Below, piece after piece: positions 1 to 12,683 of a stretch of 64,000 bases of DNA; position 1 is the stretch's first letter, and each line of letters begins with the position of its first letter. Below the pieces are notes generated by a model that was not told the origin of the DNA, ran no database searches, and worked only from the letters and a program-made list of their open reading frames with translations. The stretch lies in assembly GCF_963921235.1 (NCBI RefSeq), contig NC_086097.1:142664001-142728000 (forward strand). Reading direction: 5' to 3'. Source of the stretch: Mobula hypostoma. Its lineage: Eukaryota. Made by a program: the position numbers and the translations under genes.

Positions 1-1214
1 TTCACAATCATTGCCTAAACTGTTCTCCGTAGCGAAAATCTCACGCAAGCGCCGTCGGTAAAAACACGGCGCAAGCACTCTCCAGTAACCTTTAAGCTAT
101 GAAGCTGCCAAATCATACCAAATAACACGTAAAAATACACAGCCTATATAAAGTAGAAATAATGTATGTACAGTGTAGTATCACTTACTGGAATTGGATC
201 AGCGTCGAGCACACTGATGATGGTGTGTTAGGCTGAGTTGGAGGTTGAGGTGGTGCAGTGGCCCCCACCCTCCGGGCAGCAACCCGATACATTGCCACGA
301 AGCATGCAGGGGTCCAGCAGTAGCCGGGAGACACACAGCACATCTTTAAGAAAAAAGCCGAAATAAACAAGCTAATTAATTAGGTGCTGGGCGGTACCTA
401 ATAATTAGCATGTTTATTTTGGCTTTTTTCTTAAAAGATGTGCTGTGTGTCTCCCGGCTACTGCTGCATTCTCCACGAATCGGTATCTGTCCGCAGCCTG
501 GGTGTTGGGGTGGTGGGACACTGGGGTGTCATCTCATCATCGTCTGTTTCCATTAGAGCAGGCAGCTCATCTTCTCCTATGACTGCCCGCCTCCATGTCG
601 AAGGTTGAGGTTCATCGTCTGCTGTGGCTGATGTGGAAGGCTTGCTTGACTGCTGAGCGTCGCGCATTTTCCTATCATACAGTTCTTTGTAAGCACTCAA
701 ACCATCCTGCAAATATCCCCTAAACCTACGTACCCTTTCAAAATTAAAGTCGTACTTTATCATTACTCATTCGGTTTCGATTGTTATCCTTTCCTCTTCC
801 AATTGCATCAGCTCTTCATCTATCGGTTCTTGGTCATGGGATGCCAAAACCTCGTCAACATCATCTTCGTCAGCTTCCACAAGCCAAACTCACTTAGTCC
901 TTACTTCGTTCACCACGATCAAAATGCTTAATTATGTCTAGTTTTATGCTAAGTGTAACACCATTACGAGGTCTTTCAGACTTTTCCGATACCTTAGAAC
1001 TCATCTTGCAAACGGCTGCTCATAGGCACGTGTTTAAGCAATGCTGGCGAGAATGCGGTTCTGAATCTGGGGAGAGTGGCTGCTTGGAGTGCATGCTGCT
1101 TTTTTCGCGTGCTGCTTTTTTTGTAACAGTGAAAACACCTTCTGTTAGCAAAAACAGGTCTTTCGTAACAGTGAGGTTTCATAAAGCGAACGTTCGAAAA
1201 GCAGGGGACACCTG
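1..1214 (-). mobile_element. Tigger/pogo-like DNA transposon remnant (continues off window start)
   Basis: End reads TA-CAGGTGTCCCC on minus strand; remnants EADEDDVDEVLASHDQEPIDEELMQLE and YKELYDRK resemble the Tigger transposase C-terminus. Confidence 0.65.
256..523. mobile_element. hAT/Charlie-like MITE with internal palindrome, embedded in the Tigger-like element
   Basis: CAGTGGCCCCCA...GGGACACTG ends; ~70-bp inverted arms 316-466; related copy at 20147-20374. Confidence 0.6.
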
Positions 1215-1239
1215 TACTGTAGTATCATACTTCAGAACC

Positions 1240-2135
1240 TTAAGATTCAAGATTGTTTAATGTCATTTTCAGTACAAAGTATAAACGAGAGCAAAATAAT
1301 TGTTACTCCAGTTCTGATGCAGAGGTAAAAAAACAATAAATACAAATAAATAAGATAGCTTATATACATAGATTGATTGTATGTCCATAAAGTGATGCTA
1401 GGCATAGGAGTGTCTGTACATAAGGTGACTGACAGGAAATGATAAAAGTAATGGTTGTGTAGGGGTGGGTTAGTGAGCAAAGGTGTTGATTAGCCTCAAT
1501 GCTAGGGAAAAATAACTGTTTTTGAGTCTGGCACGGATATTACATAGCCTCCCCCCGATGGGAGTGGGAAGAACAGTCCACAAACAGGGAGGATGGGTTC
1601 CATCATGTTACTGGCCCTCTTCCAGCACCTTTCTGTGTATATGTCTTTGATGGGGGGAGACTGGTGCCGGTGATGTGTTGGGCAGTTTTGACCTCCTGTT
1701 GTAGAGCCTTCCTGTCTGCTGCAGTACAGTTTCTGTACCATGCAGTGATACAGCATGTTGGGATGCTTACTACTTCTTCGCATCTGTAGAATGAAGTGAG
1801 TATAGATGTGTGTAGTCCAGCTCTCTTCAGCCTTCTTAGAAAGTAGAGGCATTGGTGAGCTTTCCTGATTTTGTGTGATGTGTCCTGGGACCACCATGAG
1901 AGGCTGAATGAGATGTGCACTCCTAGGAGTTTGAACCTGCTTGCAGTTTCCACGGTTGTGTCGCCAATGTAATGTGCTATGCAAGTGGTGCAAGTTCTCC
2001 TGAAGTCGATAACCATCTCCTTATCTTGTTGACATTGAGGAAGCGGTTATTTGCTTGGCACCAAGCCACCATCTCTTCCACCTCTCTGTAGGCCATCTCT
2101 TCGTTGCTGGTGATGAACCCCACCACTCTTGTTAA
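1240..2135 (-). mobile_element. Rex1/Babar-like non-LTR retrotransposon 3' fragment
   Basis: MVIDFRR...FKLLGVHIS...KAHQCLYFLRRLK RT C-terminal motifs; short tandem tail near 1240-1256. Confidence 0.75.
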
Positions 2136-2365
2136 CTGAATATCAAGGGAAAGAAATAATGGCAGATATGCAGCACAATTTCAGGGAGCGAGGAATCTCA
2201 TGTGTGTTGGTGAGGCTGGGGAGGACATGGTACCAAAGAACATAGGTAATGTGAACGAAGGCATGGAAAACACACCTGTCAACACCGAGTGACAGAGTCC
2301 GAAAATCATTTCTGCTTAATGTGAAAATTTTGTTAAGTCAAATATTTACTCCCAAGAAAGGTTAC

Positions 2366-2477
2366 CTTGGCAGGATGTTCATCATACGTGGGCGTCCCCA
2401 GATCCATTTCGGCTTCATGACCCATGTTCATTTCATCACTGCCTCCATCCCATAACGGTGGGTCCCACTGTGTTTGC
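2366..2477 (-). CDS. SETD2: SETD2 exon 18 (WW domain end)
   Basis: QTQWDPPLWDGGSDEMNMGHEAEMDLGTPTYDEHPAK; ttcag|G ... AAG|gtaacc. Confidence 0.95.
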
Positions 2478-2769
2478 CTGAAGAAAGATTGGGCATACCT
2501 AGAGTTACACAGGGTTTTCAGTTACCAAGTCTTGTGGACTGAAGTAAATGATCAGGAGATTGGCAATAACTCAGGGAATGATCATCATTAAAAGTATAGC
2601 AAGTATTTCCAGTTTGACTGAAGCCGTGTAAAGACTGAAGCAAAGGACCTTTGACTGGATGCCTGAGCAAAGATCATAAGAATAAAAAATGTGAATGATG
2701 GAATGATGGAGAATGGGACTCTAAAGGGGGAATGCCTATACTACTCAGTGTTTTGGGGTTGTAGACATA

Positions 2770-3090
2770 CCAGGGGTGATTGATAAGTTTGTGGCCTAAG
2801 GTAGAAGGAGATGAGTTATTAACTTCAAACTTCCTGCATAATCACTCAAAGAGTTGAACTGCATGTGCATGTAACGAGAGTTGTATAACTCATCTCCTTC
2901 TACCTTAGGCCACGAACTTACCAATCACCCCTGCTGTGGACACTTTCTGGAGGTCCAAGATCCGTATGCTCCATGACCACTGGACTAAGTGTGTAAATGT
3001 AGGAGGGGACTATGTTGAAAAATAAATGTGCTAGGTTTTCTAAAATTGACTCCTTCTACCTTAGGCCACAAACTTATCAATCACCCCTCA
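2770..3090 (+). mobile_element. mariner-derived MITE
   Basis: ~40-bp TIRs (aggggtgattgataagtttgtggcctaaggtagaaggag), TA flanks, internal HWTKCVNVGGDYVEK* mariner C-terminus. Confidence 0.85.
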
Positions 3091-4560
3091 TATAGGAAAT
3101 GTCTGCCCTTGGGGTAAAAGTCATATGTTATGTTTGTTACATATCAAGGGTATACAAATGACATTAAGCAATAAATGTTAGCTAGGATGCTGGGTGGGGG
3201 GGGGTAGGGGGAGTTTCCCCCCCACAAAAAGCAGCTTTGAGCAGATAGTTTCACCGCTGACTGAAAAAGAATTACAGATTCTCTGGACACTGCCACAATC
3301 ATGCAATATCACAGTGAAGCATAAACTAAATTATGCAATTTAGATCCTGGAGAAGCAAGAACTTAGTCAATCAGAACTAAACAGCAGAGCCCAGTACGGT
3401 CTGTATGAGTCAAAAATTATCTCTGTGCTGTAAAATTTTACAACTCTACAAATTAAACTCTCTCCCTTGAAGACATGAAAAGAAGAGCTGCCAGGGTTAT
3501 CCTAAGTTTCTAGTTACATTTCATTTTAATTCGCTATTTCACTTCCAGTATGACCTCACTATCTTCAACCTCCTACATCTTTTCTATAAGGAACAGCACA
3601 AATTTAAGGACCAGCATCTCTCTGCCCATGTACACCTGCTTTGGTCCTTGAGATGCAATTTCAAATACCTAACCTTTCAGGTTTGCATGAAGGTTATCAA
3701 CTCAGAAGAAATGTGATCAAGATATAATACAACTCAATTTTTGTCTCCTACATTTGTTGCCAGACCTGCACTTTGCCTTGGAAGCTTCATTCATCATCTC
3801 TGGGCCCAAATCCTCCTACAACTCCCTACCTAACAGCAGTGGGGAGCACTGTCACCAGCAGAATCGTAGCAGTTTAAACTCCAGCATGTTCTCAAGGGTG
3901 CTTTGGGATGGACAGTAATTACTTGTCTTGCCAGTTTGGTTTTGATCCCAAAATGTTAAAAAGAAGCAACATTCTCTTATTTCAGATTTAGTTTTTTTGT
4001 GTTAAGAGTTCCTGGATCTTCCTCCTTCTTTCTTCTCATTCGACTGCATCTCCTTCAAACTTGTCAGCAAATGCAAACAAGTCTTCACCAAACAGACATT
4101 TCTTTGGTTATCTCCACTATGTAGGTACCTGTTCCACATCCACCTTCTCTTCTACTTAAAACACGTCCAATTACTTTTAAAAATCTGGAACACTTACTTT
4201 TCTCTAATAATTGCTGCCCGACCAGCTGAGTAATTCTGACATTTTGTTTCTTTATCTCAGACTTTCAACACCCGCATTATCTTTATTTTATTATAGTGAT
4301 AAAAATGTAGTCAGCAAGATACTTTGGCTAAAAGGAACAGAAGGGTTTCCCATTCTTACTGAATTAAGTATTTCCTAGTCAGTAACACAATAGTAATAGA
4401 AGCAGCTCTTCTTGACACCTGTTCAGCTTGAGCAGCTGCTACCACACTTTGATTTACATTATGGAATTAATATAAGCTCCACTAATAAATAGGTTGAAAT
4501 GATTTTTCTTTAATTTTGGAACAATGCGATAATGTGTGGGGCTTGTTCAAACAGACCAAC

Positions 4561-4700
4561 CTGGTTATTACGTGGTAATAGTAAATCTTTCCCTCAGGAT
4601 CCCGGGCTGTCTTCCAGTTGGTAGGGAGCACAATGGTCTTTGGCTTTGGGGGTGAAGGTGGTGGCAAATCGAGAAGGTTGTTGACGATTATCAACTCCTG
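4561..4700 (-). CDS. SETD2: SETD2 exon 17 (WW domain, first part)
   Basis: QELIIVNNLLDLPPPSPPKPKTIVLPTNWKTARDPEGKIYYYHVITR; tccag|CAG ... AG|gttggt. Confidence 0.95.
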
Positions 4701-6153
4701 CTGGAGATTACAGACACAATAGAGAATTTAAAAGACAAGCTAATAACAGCCTATAGAGTATAAAAATTAAGAAAAACAAGCAAAGTTAAAGCAGTGTGTT
4801 TCCTACCCACATTGATAATGAGATTGCTTATTTGTCACACAAACATCAAAATACACTTTGAATTGTGCTGATTGTGCCAAATCAGCAAGAACTGTGGTGG
4901 CAGCCCTTAAGTGTACCCACGTATCTGGCCCCAACACAGCATGCACACTACTGACTAACCCTAACCATACGTCATTGAAATGTGGGAGGAAACCACAGCA
5001 CCAGGAGGAAGCCTACAGGGTCATAGGGAGAATGTACAAGCTCCTTAAAGATAACAAAGGGAATTGAATTCTGATCTTCCAGATGATGCTGTAATAGCTT
5101 TATTTTGCAACGCTACTGTAACTAAACTTAATCAGAAACTGAATCAGCTACTATGATCGAGAAGGAATCAAAGTCCATTCAGTGGACTGTCAACGTCAGA
5201 TTGACTTGAAGCAATGACTTTGCTCTGCTCATCCACGCCAACATCCCAATCAGACGAATGAGCATTTGGGAGACTGACTGGATGGATGGGGTTGGACATG
5301 CCAGCAGCTGCAGGACTGCAAGCTTCTTCTACCAGATAGTGAGGGGGCATTTCCACATGCCTTCGCTCTCCCCTTAAGAGCTGGCTCCAATGATCCAGCC
5401 ATCCTTTGATTTAGAGGGCACAAAGAACAATCTTGTGGGTAAAGTACTACAGTGAAATTTTCTGTCTGAGCCAAATCTTCAAGAGATTAGGGGAGAAAAT
5501 CAAAACAGAGGCAAACAAAGATGAGGGTGCTGAAATTCATCCATGTTTAGCATGCACTGGGCTGTGCCCTGCCATTTTAACGTGCTGGCAAAGGTAAACA
5601 TAAACCATTGCTTTATAAAAATAAAGATAAACAAGTCTATCTCTAGCCAATCTTTATTAAATTGCTTCCTAAGGTGTAGGAGGCAAATATTGAGTGCTGT
5701 TGGCTCCTAGCAAAACAAATTTCATGAGCCCCATTTATCTTATTTCCCTCTAGCCCTGGGAATTACATGTCTTTCTCACATGCAATGTGCTCACCTTTAA
5801 TTCTTCTGCCACAAACCTCACACTGAAGCTACAATAACCAATTATTCTATCTGTACGTTTTTGGGAACTTGAAGAGAACTAAAGCAGCAGGCAAAAATAC
5901 GTAGAGATTACGCGGTCCACGTCCCTGGAGCCGTGAGCCACCAGCACTGCTGTGCCATCCCAAACCTTGATGCATGATATGACTTGCCTGCTGGTGCTTT
6001 GTGAAGTCTTTCCCACAGCAAGATGGCAGGCATACTTAATCACTTAAAAACCAGCTCTATAACGGTGAACAGGTTAAATGATTCCAGTCGAGTGTCAAAG
6101 AACAAAGCTGAAGCAATGGCAGCTACACACTGGGAATGCCAATCAAGTATGTA

Positions 6154-6567
6154 CAATACTGTGCAAAACTCTTAGGCACATGTAAAGAAGAATCTATAAA
6201 GTGGGGGTGCTTTCAAAAATAATCAAATAAAAAGTTTCTAAATATCAAAAAGTACTATAAAGAGCAGAAAACACCAAAAATTAAATCAAATCAAATTTGG
6301 TATGACCACCCTCTGCCTTTAAAGCTACATCAATTTCCTTAAGTACATTGTCATGCAGTTTTATAAGGAAATCAGCTTGTAGGTTGTTCCAGACAGCTTG
6401 GGAGGATTTGCCACAGTTCTTCTGCAGACTTTGGCTGTCTCACTTGCTTCTGTCTCTCCAGGTAATCTCAGACAACCTCAATGATATTGAGATCAGGCTC
6501 TCTGGAGGCCATACCATTTGAAACCATATAAAAAATCTCGGGTGCCTAAGACTTCTGTACAGTATTG
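6154..6567. mobile_element. Tc1-like internally deleted element
   Basis: TA-caatactgtgcaaaactcttaggcac ... gtgcctaagacttctgtacagtattg-TA terminal inverted repeats. Confidence 0.8.
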
Positions 6568-7487
6568 TACCTTGCTTACACGCTCATTTATTCCTAATGA
6601 GAGTACAGCAGCACTGGAATAAGACAATGGAAACAGATAAAACAAAAGCTCGTTAATGGAGGCCATGATTAAATGGGTGTGTCTGCTCATAAGCGGCTGA
6701 AGTTAAAGCAAGCTCAATTTGATTAAAAAAAACACTTGCTTAGTAAATGCATAACACAATGGCAACAGTAATCAGAGCAATCCCTTATTGCACTGTTTTA
6801 TTTATTGCCATCTGCAATTGTCTTCCTGTCTGAAACGCCATACACTTCTATGATAATGAATTACTGTATGGAATCATTTATTAATTTCACCCAGAAGATT
6901 TGTGGGGAGATAAAGATTTGTGTATTTATTTACCCAGCATCCATTGTTTGTTCACTGATCTCAATAATTCAAGGACATAGGAAGAAATAATGACTACTGC
7001 AATTCTTTGGGAAACTTAATGGATTAAAAATCATGGCTCAAATCTTGACCAACTTTTTGAATGTTTGGAGCATCACAGCTGAACTGCAGAAATTTATATA
7101 TGCTCTTTCAGCTAGAATTTAATGAAGTTCCATTTGTGGACAAAAGCCAAAAGATCATATATGCAAGATATGCATCAAGTTAAGGGTTTTCAGGAGGAAT
7201 CACTCCTCCTCCCCAAAAATGGTTAGATTATGGAACTCACTACTATAGGGAGTAAGGAAGACAAATAGTACAGATGCTTTTCTTTTGAGAAGTGATTAAA
7301 TATGAGTGAGAAGGGAATTAAAGGGTATGCTCATAAATTTACAAAAGGAGTGTGGAGTAGCAGGAGACTCCCGTGGACCAATAACAAGGCTGAACAAACC
7401 ACCTCTATGCTTTACTGTGTATACAATGCCGGAGAACACTCTGGACAGGGAGAAATCTGCAGCCTGACTGTGGTTGTCATTTCTTCT

Positions 7488-8993
7488 TAGAAACATAGAA
7501 ACATAGAAAATAGGTGCAGGAGTAGGCCATTCGGCCCTTCGAGCCTGCACCGCCATTTATTATGATCATGGCTGATCATCCAACTCAGAACCCAGCCTTC
7601 CCTCCATACCCCCTGACCCCTGTAGCCACAAGGGCCATATCTAACTTCCTTTTAAACATAGCTAATGAACTGGCCTCAACAGTTTGCTGTGGCAGAGAAT
7701 TCCACAGATTCACCACTCTCTGTGTGAAGAAGTTTTTCCTAATCTCAGTCCTAAAAGGCTTCCCCTCTATCCTCAAACTGTGACCCCTCGTTCTGGACCT
7801 CCCCAACATCGGGAACAATCTTCCTGCATCTAGCCTGTCCAATCCCTTTAGGATCTTATACGTTTCAATCAGATTCCCCCTCAATCTTCTAAATTCCAAC
7901 GAGTACAAGCCCAGTTCATCCAGTCTTTCTTCATATGAAAGACCTGCCATCCCAGGAATCAATCTGGTGAACCTTCTTTGTACTCCCTCTATGGCAAAGA
8001 TGTCTTTCCTCAGATTAGGGGACCAAAACTGCACACAATACTCCAGGTGTGGTCTCACCAAGGCCTTGTACAACTGCATTAGTACCTCCCTGCTCCTGTA
8101 CTCGAATCCTCTCGCTATAAATGCCAGCATACCGTTCGCCTTTTTCACCGCCTGCTGTACCTGCATGCCCACTTTCAATGACTGGTGTATAATGACACCC
8201 AGGTCTCGTTGCACCTTCCCTTTTCCTAATCGGCCACCATTCAGATAATAATCTGTTTTCCTATTTTTGCCACCAAAGTGGATAACCTCACATTTATCCA
8301 CATTAAATTGCATCTGCCATGAGTTTGCCCACTCACCCAACCTATCCAAGTCACCCTGCATCCTCTTAGCATCCTCCTCACTGCTAACACTGCCACCCAG
8401 CTTCGTGTCATCCGCAAACTTGGAGATGCTGCATTTAATTCCCTCATCCAAGTCATTAATATATATTGTAAACAACTGGGGTCCCAGCACTGAGCCTTGC
8501 GGTACCCCACTAGTCACCGCCTGCCATTCTGAAAAGGTCCCGTTTATTCCCACTCTTTGCTTCCTGTCTGCTAACCAATTCTCCACCCACACCAATACCT
8601 TACCCCCAATACTGTGTGCTTTAAGTTTGCACACTAATCTCCTGTGTGGGACCTTGTCAAAAGCCTTTTGAAAATCCAAATATACCACATCCACTGGTTC
8701 TCCCCTATCCACTCTACTAGTTACATCCTCAAAAAATTCTATGAGATTCGTCAGACATGATTTTCCTTTCACAAATCCATGCTGACTTTGTCCAATCATT
8801 TCACCGCTTTCCAAATGTGCTGATATCACATCCTTGATAACTGACTCCAGCAGTTTCCCCACCACCGACGTTAGGCTAACCGGCCTATAATTCCCCGGTT
8901 TCTCTCTCCCTCCTTTTTTAAAAAGTGGGGTTACATTAGCCACCCTCCAATCCTCAGGAACTAGTCCAGAATCTAACGAGTTTTGAAAAATTT
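7488..8993 (-). mobile_element. CR1-clade LINE, 5'-truncated, uninterrupted 452-aa RT-containing frame
   Basis: ORF 7585..8943 with NYRPVSLTS, YLDFQKAFDKV, GVPQGSVLGP, FADD; (TTTCTATG)n 3' tail at 7488-7510. Confidence 0.95.
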
Positions 8994-9778
8994 GTCTAGG
9001 TCAAGGTCACTGAATTGTGTCAACCTTCCCGTTGACATTAGCTCACACAGGATAGAGAAAAGATCCAAGATCTGTAAAATGTAGACACCAGGACAATTGT
9101 TGGACTGAAATTTTTATTTTCAAAGAAAAAATTAAGATTGGAGAGATTAACTTTTCACTCCTTGCAAACTTCTTAAAAAAAACCCAAGAACAAATGTGTG
9201 ACAAATCTCCCTTGCCAGATTTCATTCTCTAACACCCAGTTCAGATGAAGGCCGTTAGCTAAAATTGTACTGTGTTTTCTTAATCACAGCATTTCCAATT
9301 TTCATCGTTTTCATCCTTTTCAACATTCTCCCGCTGAGTGAAAGACCCTTTGGGTCAGGACCTCAATCTTAACTTATGTATTTGTGTTGAACCACATCTG
9401 TGTATGGAAGTATGCATGTATACAGGAGTGTATAAGTGTGTATTCTTAGGATCGAGAGCCTACCTACGTGTATTTGAAAAGTCGTGGCTCTAAAAACTGT
9501 TGCTGACTTATTTTTTTTTAGATTCAGAACTTGCTGGGTTACCTGTCCAATAGTTTACCATGTTGAGTTTGCTTTTTCTAAACATTTTAATACTGCTAGC
9601 AAGAAGCTTTTATGGTTTCCTGTCACTTATCAGATTCAAATATCCAACTGAATATCAATTGTGACATTCAAATGATCTGCTTGAACCCAGATCAATCCTT
9701 ACCCCTTCTCATTTCAAGGTGGGGATATTGATGCAATTCAATCTGTGATCTTCAAAGATAGAGATGTTACATTAAGTT

Positions 9779-10928
9779 ATAGAAACATAGAAAACCTACA
9801 GCACAAACCAGGTCTTTTGGTCCACAAAGTTGTGCCGATCATGTACTTACATGAGAAATTCCCTAGAGTTACCCATAGCCCTCTATTTTTCTGAGCTCCA
9901 TAAACCTATCCAGGAGTCTCTTGAAAGACCCTATCGTATCTGCCTCCACCACGTCGCCGGCAGCCCATTCCATGCATTCACCACTCTGTGTAAAAAACTT
10001 ACCTCTGACATCTCCTCTGTACTTACTTCCAAGCACCTTAAAACTGTGTCCTCTCGTGCTAGCCATTTCAGCCCTGGGAAAAAGCCTCTGACTGTGCACA
10101 CGATTAATGCCTCTCATCATCTTATACACTTCTATCAGGTCACCTCTCATCCTTCGTCACTCCAAGGAGAAAAGGCCGAGTTCACTCAACCTATTCTCAT
10201 AAGGAATGCTCCCCAATCCAGGCAACATCCTTTTAAATCTCCTCTGCACCCTTTCAATGGTTTCCACATCCTTCCTGGAGTGAGGTGACCAGAACTGAGC
10301 ACAGTACTCCAAGTGGAGCCCGACCAGGGTCCCAAGTTGCTGCAATATTTCCTCTCGGCTCCTAAACTCAATCCCACGATTGATGAAGGCCAATGCACTG
10401 TATGCTTTCTTAACCACAGAGTCAACCTGCGCAGTAGCTTTGAGTGCCCTATGGACTCGGACCCCAAGATCCCTCTGATCCTCCACACGGCCAAGAGTCT
10501 TACCGTTAATACTATATTCTGTCATCATATCTGACTTACCAAAATGAACCACCTCACACTTATCTGGGTTGAACTTCATCTGCCATTTCTCAGTCCGGTT
10601 TTGTATCCTATCAATGTCCCGCTGTAACCTCTGACAGCTCTCCACACTATCCACAACACCTCCAATCTTTGCGTCACCAGCAACTTTACTAACCCATCCC
10701 TCCACTTCTTCATCCAGGTCATTTATAAAAATCATGAAAAGTAGGGGTCCCAGAACAGAACCCTGAGGCACACCACTGGTCACCGACCTCCGTGCAGAAT
10801 ATGACCCATCTACAACCACTCTTTGCCTTCTGTGGGCAAGCCAGTTCTGGATCCACAAAGCAATTTCCCCTTGGATCCCATGCCTCCTTATTTTCTCAAT
10901 AAGCCATGCATGGGGTACCTTGTCAAAT
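9779..10928 (-). mobile_element. CR1-clade LINE 3' fragment, degenerate
   Basis: FDKVPH, GVPQGSVLGPLLF motifs with frameshifts; tttctatg tail at ~9779-9795. Confidence 0.9.
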
Positions 10929-11294
10929 GTTATATACAGACTGCAATTCTGAATATAGTTCAAAATTTGGTATTCTCTGTCAGATTGGTGCACAGAGAAA
11001 GGAGGCACAAAGGAAAGAGCAGGCAGTAGGTTGGAACTGAAGGATGCTGACATAACAAACCAAATTGGTGCAGCAATAGGAAATGAAAGCAGCAAGTGCT
11101 GGAAATATTCAGCAGATCAGGTCACGTCCATGGAGAGATTAAAAACAGAATTAACATTTCAGGGAAATAACCTGTCATCAAACCCTTTCCCCAAAGAAGT
11201 GATTGACCTGCACTGCTGAGCATTTCCATTATTTTCTGCTTTAACCTTAGCTTTCCAGCATGTGCGATATTTTGCTTGTGGCACAGGAATGTAC

Positions 11295-11447
11295 CTGCTG
11301 CACAGTCTGTGGCTGCCCAGGCTGCTGGTAAGATGGGGCTGATGATGTCACGAGCATTCCTGTCGCTGGCTGTGTGCCAGAGCTCTGTGGATGAGTCAGG
11401 AAACACTGCTGCCCCTGTGCGCATTCAGGACTTGACTGAGTGTAACT
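11295..11447 (-). CDS. SETD2: SETD2 exon 16
   Basis: SYTQSSPECAQGQQCFLTHPQ...PGQPQTVQQ; ttcag|AGT ... CAG|gtacat. Confidence 0.88.
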
Positions 11448-11616
11448 CTGAAACAAGCAAAGAAAGGGTTTGGAGGATGGGACAGAAAAAAGAGAGGCAA
11501 ATATGCAGACCACTGAAAGACGGACCGATATCCATTTATGTTTGCCGCATCACTCCATTAACACATGCCTCCCCTTCCCTGCAACAAATGACAAATATGA
11601 GAGGAAAAGGTAGTAC

Positions 11617-12286
11617 CTGGACAATTTGCGGCGTAGCTTGTCCATAGGGAGAGGAGATGCTGTAGACGGTCTGGCATTGCTGTCCTTGATAATAAATTGG
11701 TGTTTGTGATTGTCCACTGGCGTACTGCTGGTGAACTGCTAGAGTCTGCTGATTGGGATCCCACACCCCGTAGTTCTGCCCCGTTGCTTGAGTGCCTGAC
11801 ACCTGTATCACCGCCACACTTGGATCCTGGGAAATAACATTGGGAGTCTGAGCCAGATACTGCTGGCCCTGGACATCTACTTGGGGAGACAGATGCTGGA
11901 CCGCAGGGTGTCCCGTTGGCATGGATTCTCCTAGTATTGGCTGTGGATGCTCATAGCTCATCTGTGGCGGGCACATGGGCTCTACATTCGGTGTTGGGAG
12001 GAGTACTTTGCCAGCGTTGGGGTTGACTGGGTCAACGTAAGTCTGCAGAGGATAGCCTGGAGGGTACGTGGCAAAGTTCTGGTGAGAGGTGGTATAGGTT
12101 CCACTGTCATAAGGCACCTGCGAGCTGACACAAATCGGCTGTATCTGCTGCTGTTGCTGTACCAGGAAAAGGTTCTGTTTCTGGGCTTCCCGCTGAGCCA
12201 CCTCTTGCTCAAAGAGTTTCCTTCGTTCTTCAGTGGAAAGTTTACTCCTAGTTTTCTTCTTCTTAGCTGGTGTCGCACCATCATAC
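11617..12286 (-). CDS. SETD2: SETD2 exon 15
   Basis: YDGATPAKKKKTRSKLSTEERRKLFEQEVAQREAQKQ...YPPGYPLQTYVDPVNPNAGKVLLPTP...PQIVQ; aaaag|G ... CAG|gtacta (670 nt). Confidence 0.95.
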
Positions 12287-12683
12287 CTTTTCAATATAAA
12301 AATGCAATGGTACACAGTTCAGTAAAAATTTTTAATTAGGTAAACAAAACAAAATTCTTTTCCATCTAAGACTGAACTCAAGAGCCTCATTTTAAAAATA
12401 AAAGGAAAAAAAACCTGCAGAAATCTGAAATAAAAAAAGAAAAAATGCTGCAGCACTCTGCTGGTTAGATAGCATCTTTAGAAAGAGAAACGGTTAACAT
12501 TTCAGGTCTGGGAACTGACCTGAAACTGCGACAGAGAAAAAACAAATGACATTACAGTAGCAGGGAAAGTGGGGAAAGCGTGAAAATCGAGTCCGAGTCG
12601 GACAGCACAGAAGCAGGCCCTTTGGCCAAACTGGTCCCACTTACCAGTCTTTGCCCATAACCTCCTAAAGTTCATTTTTAAAA

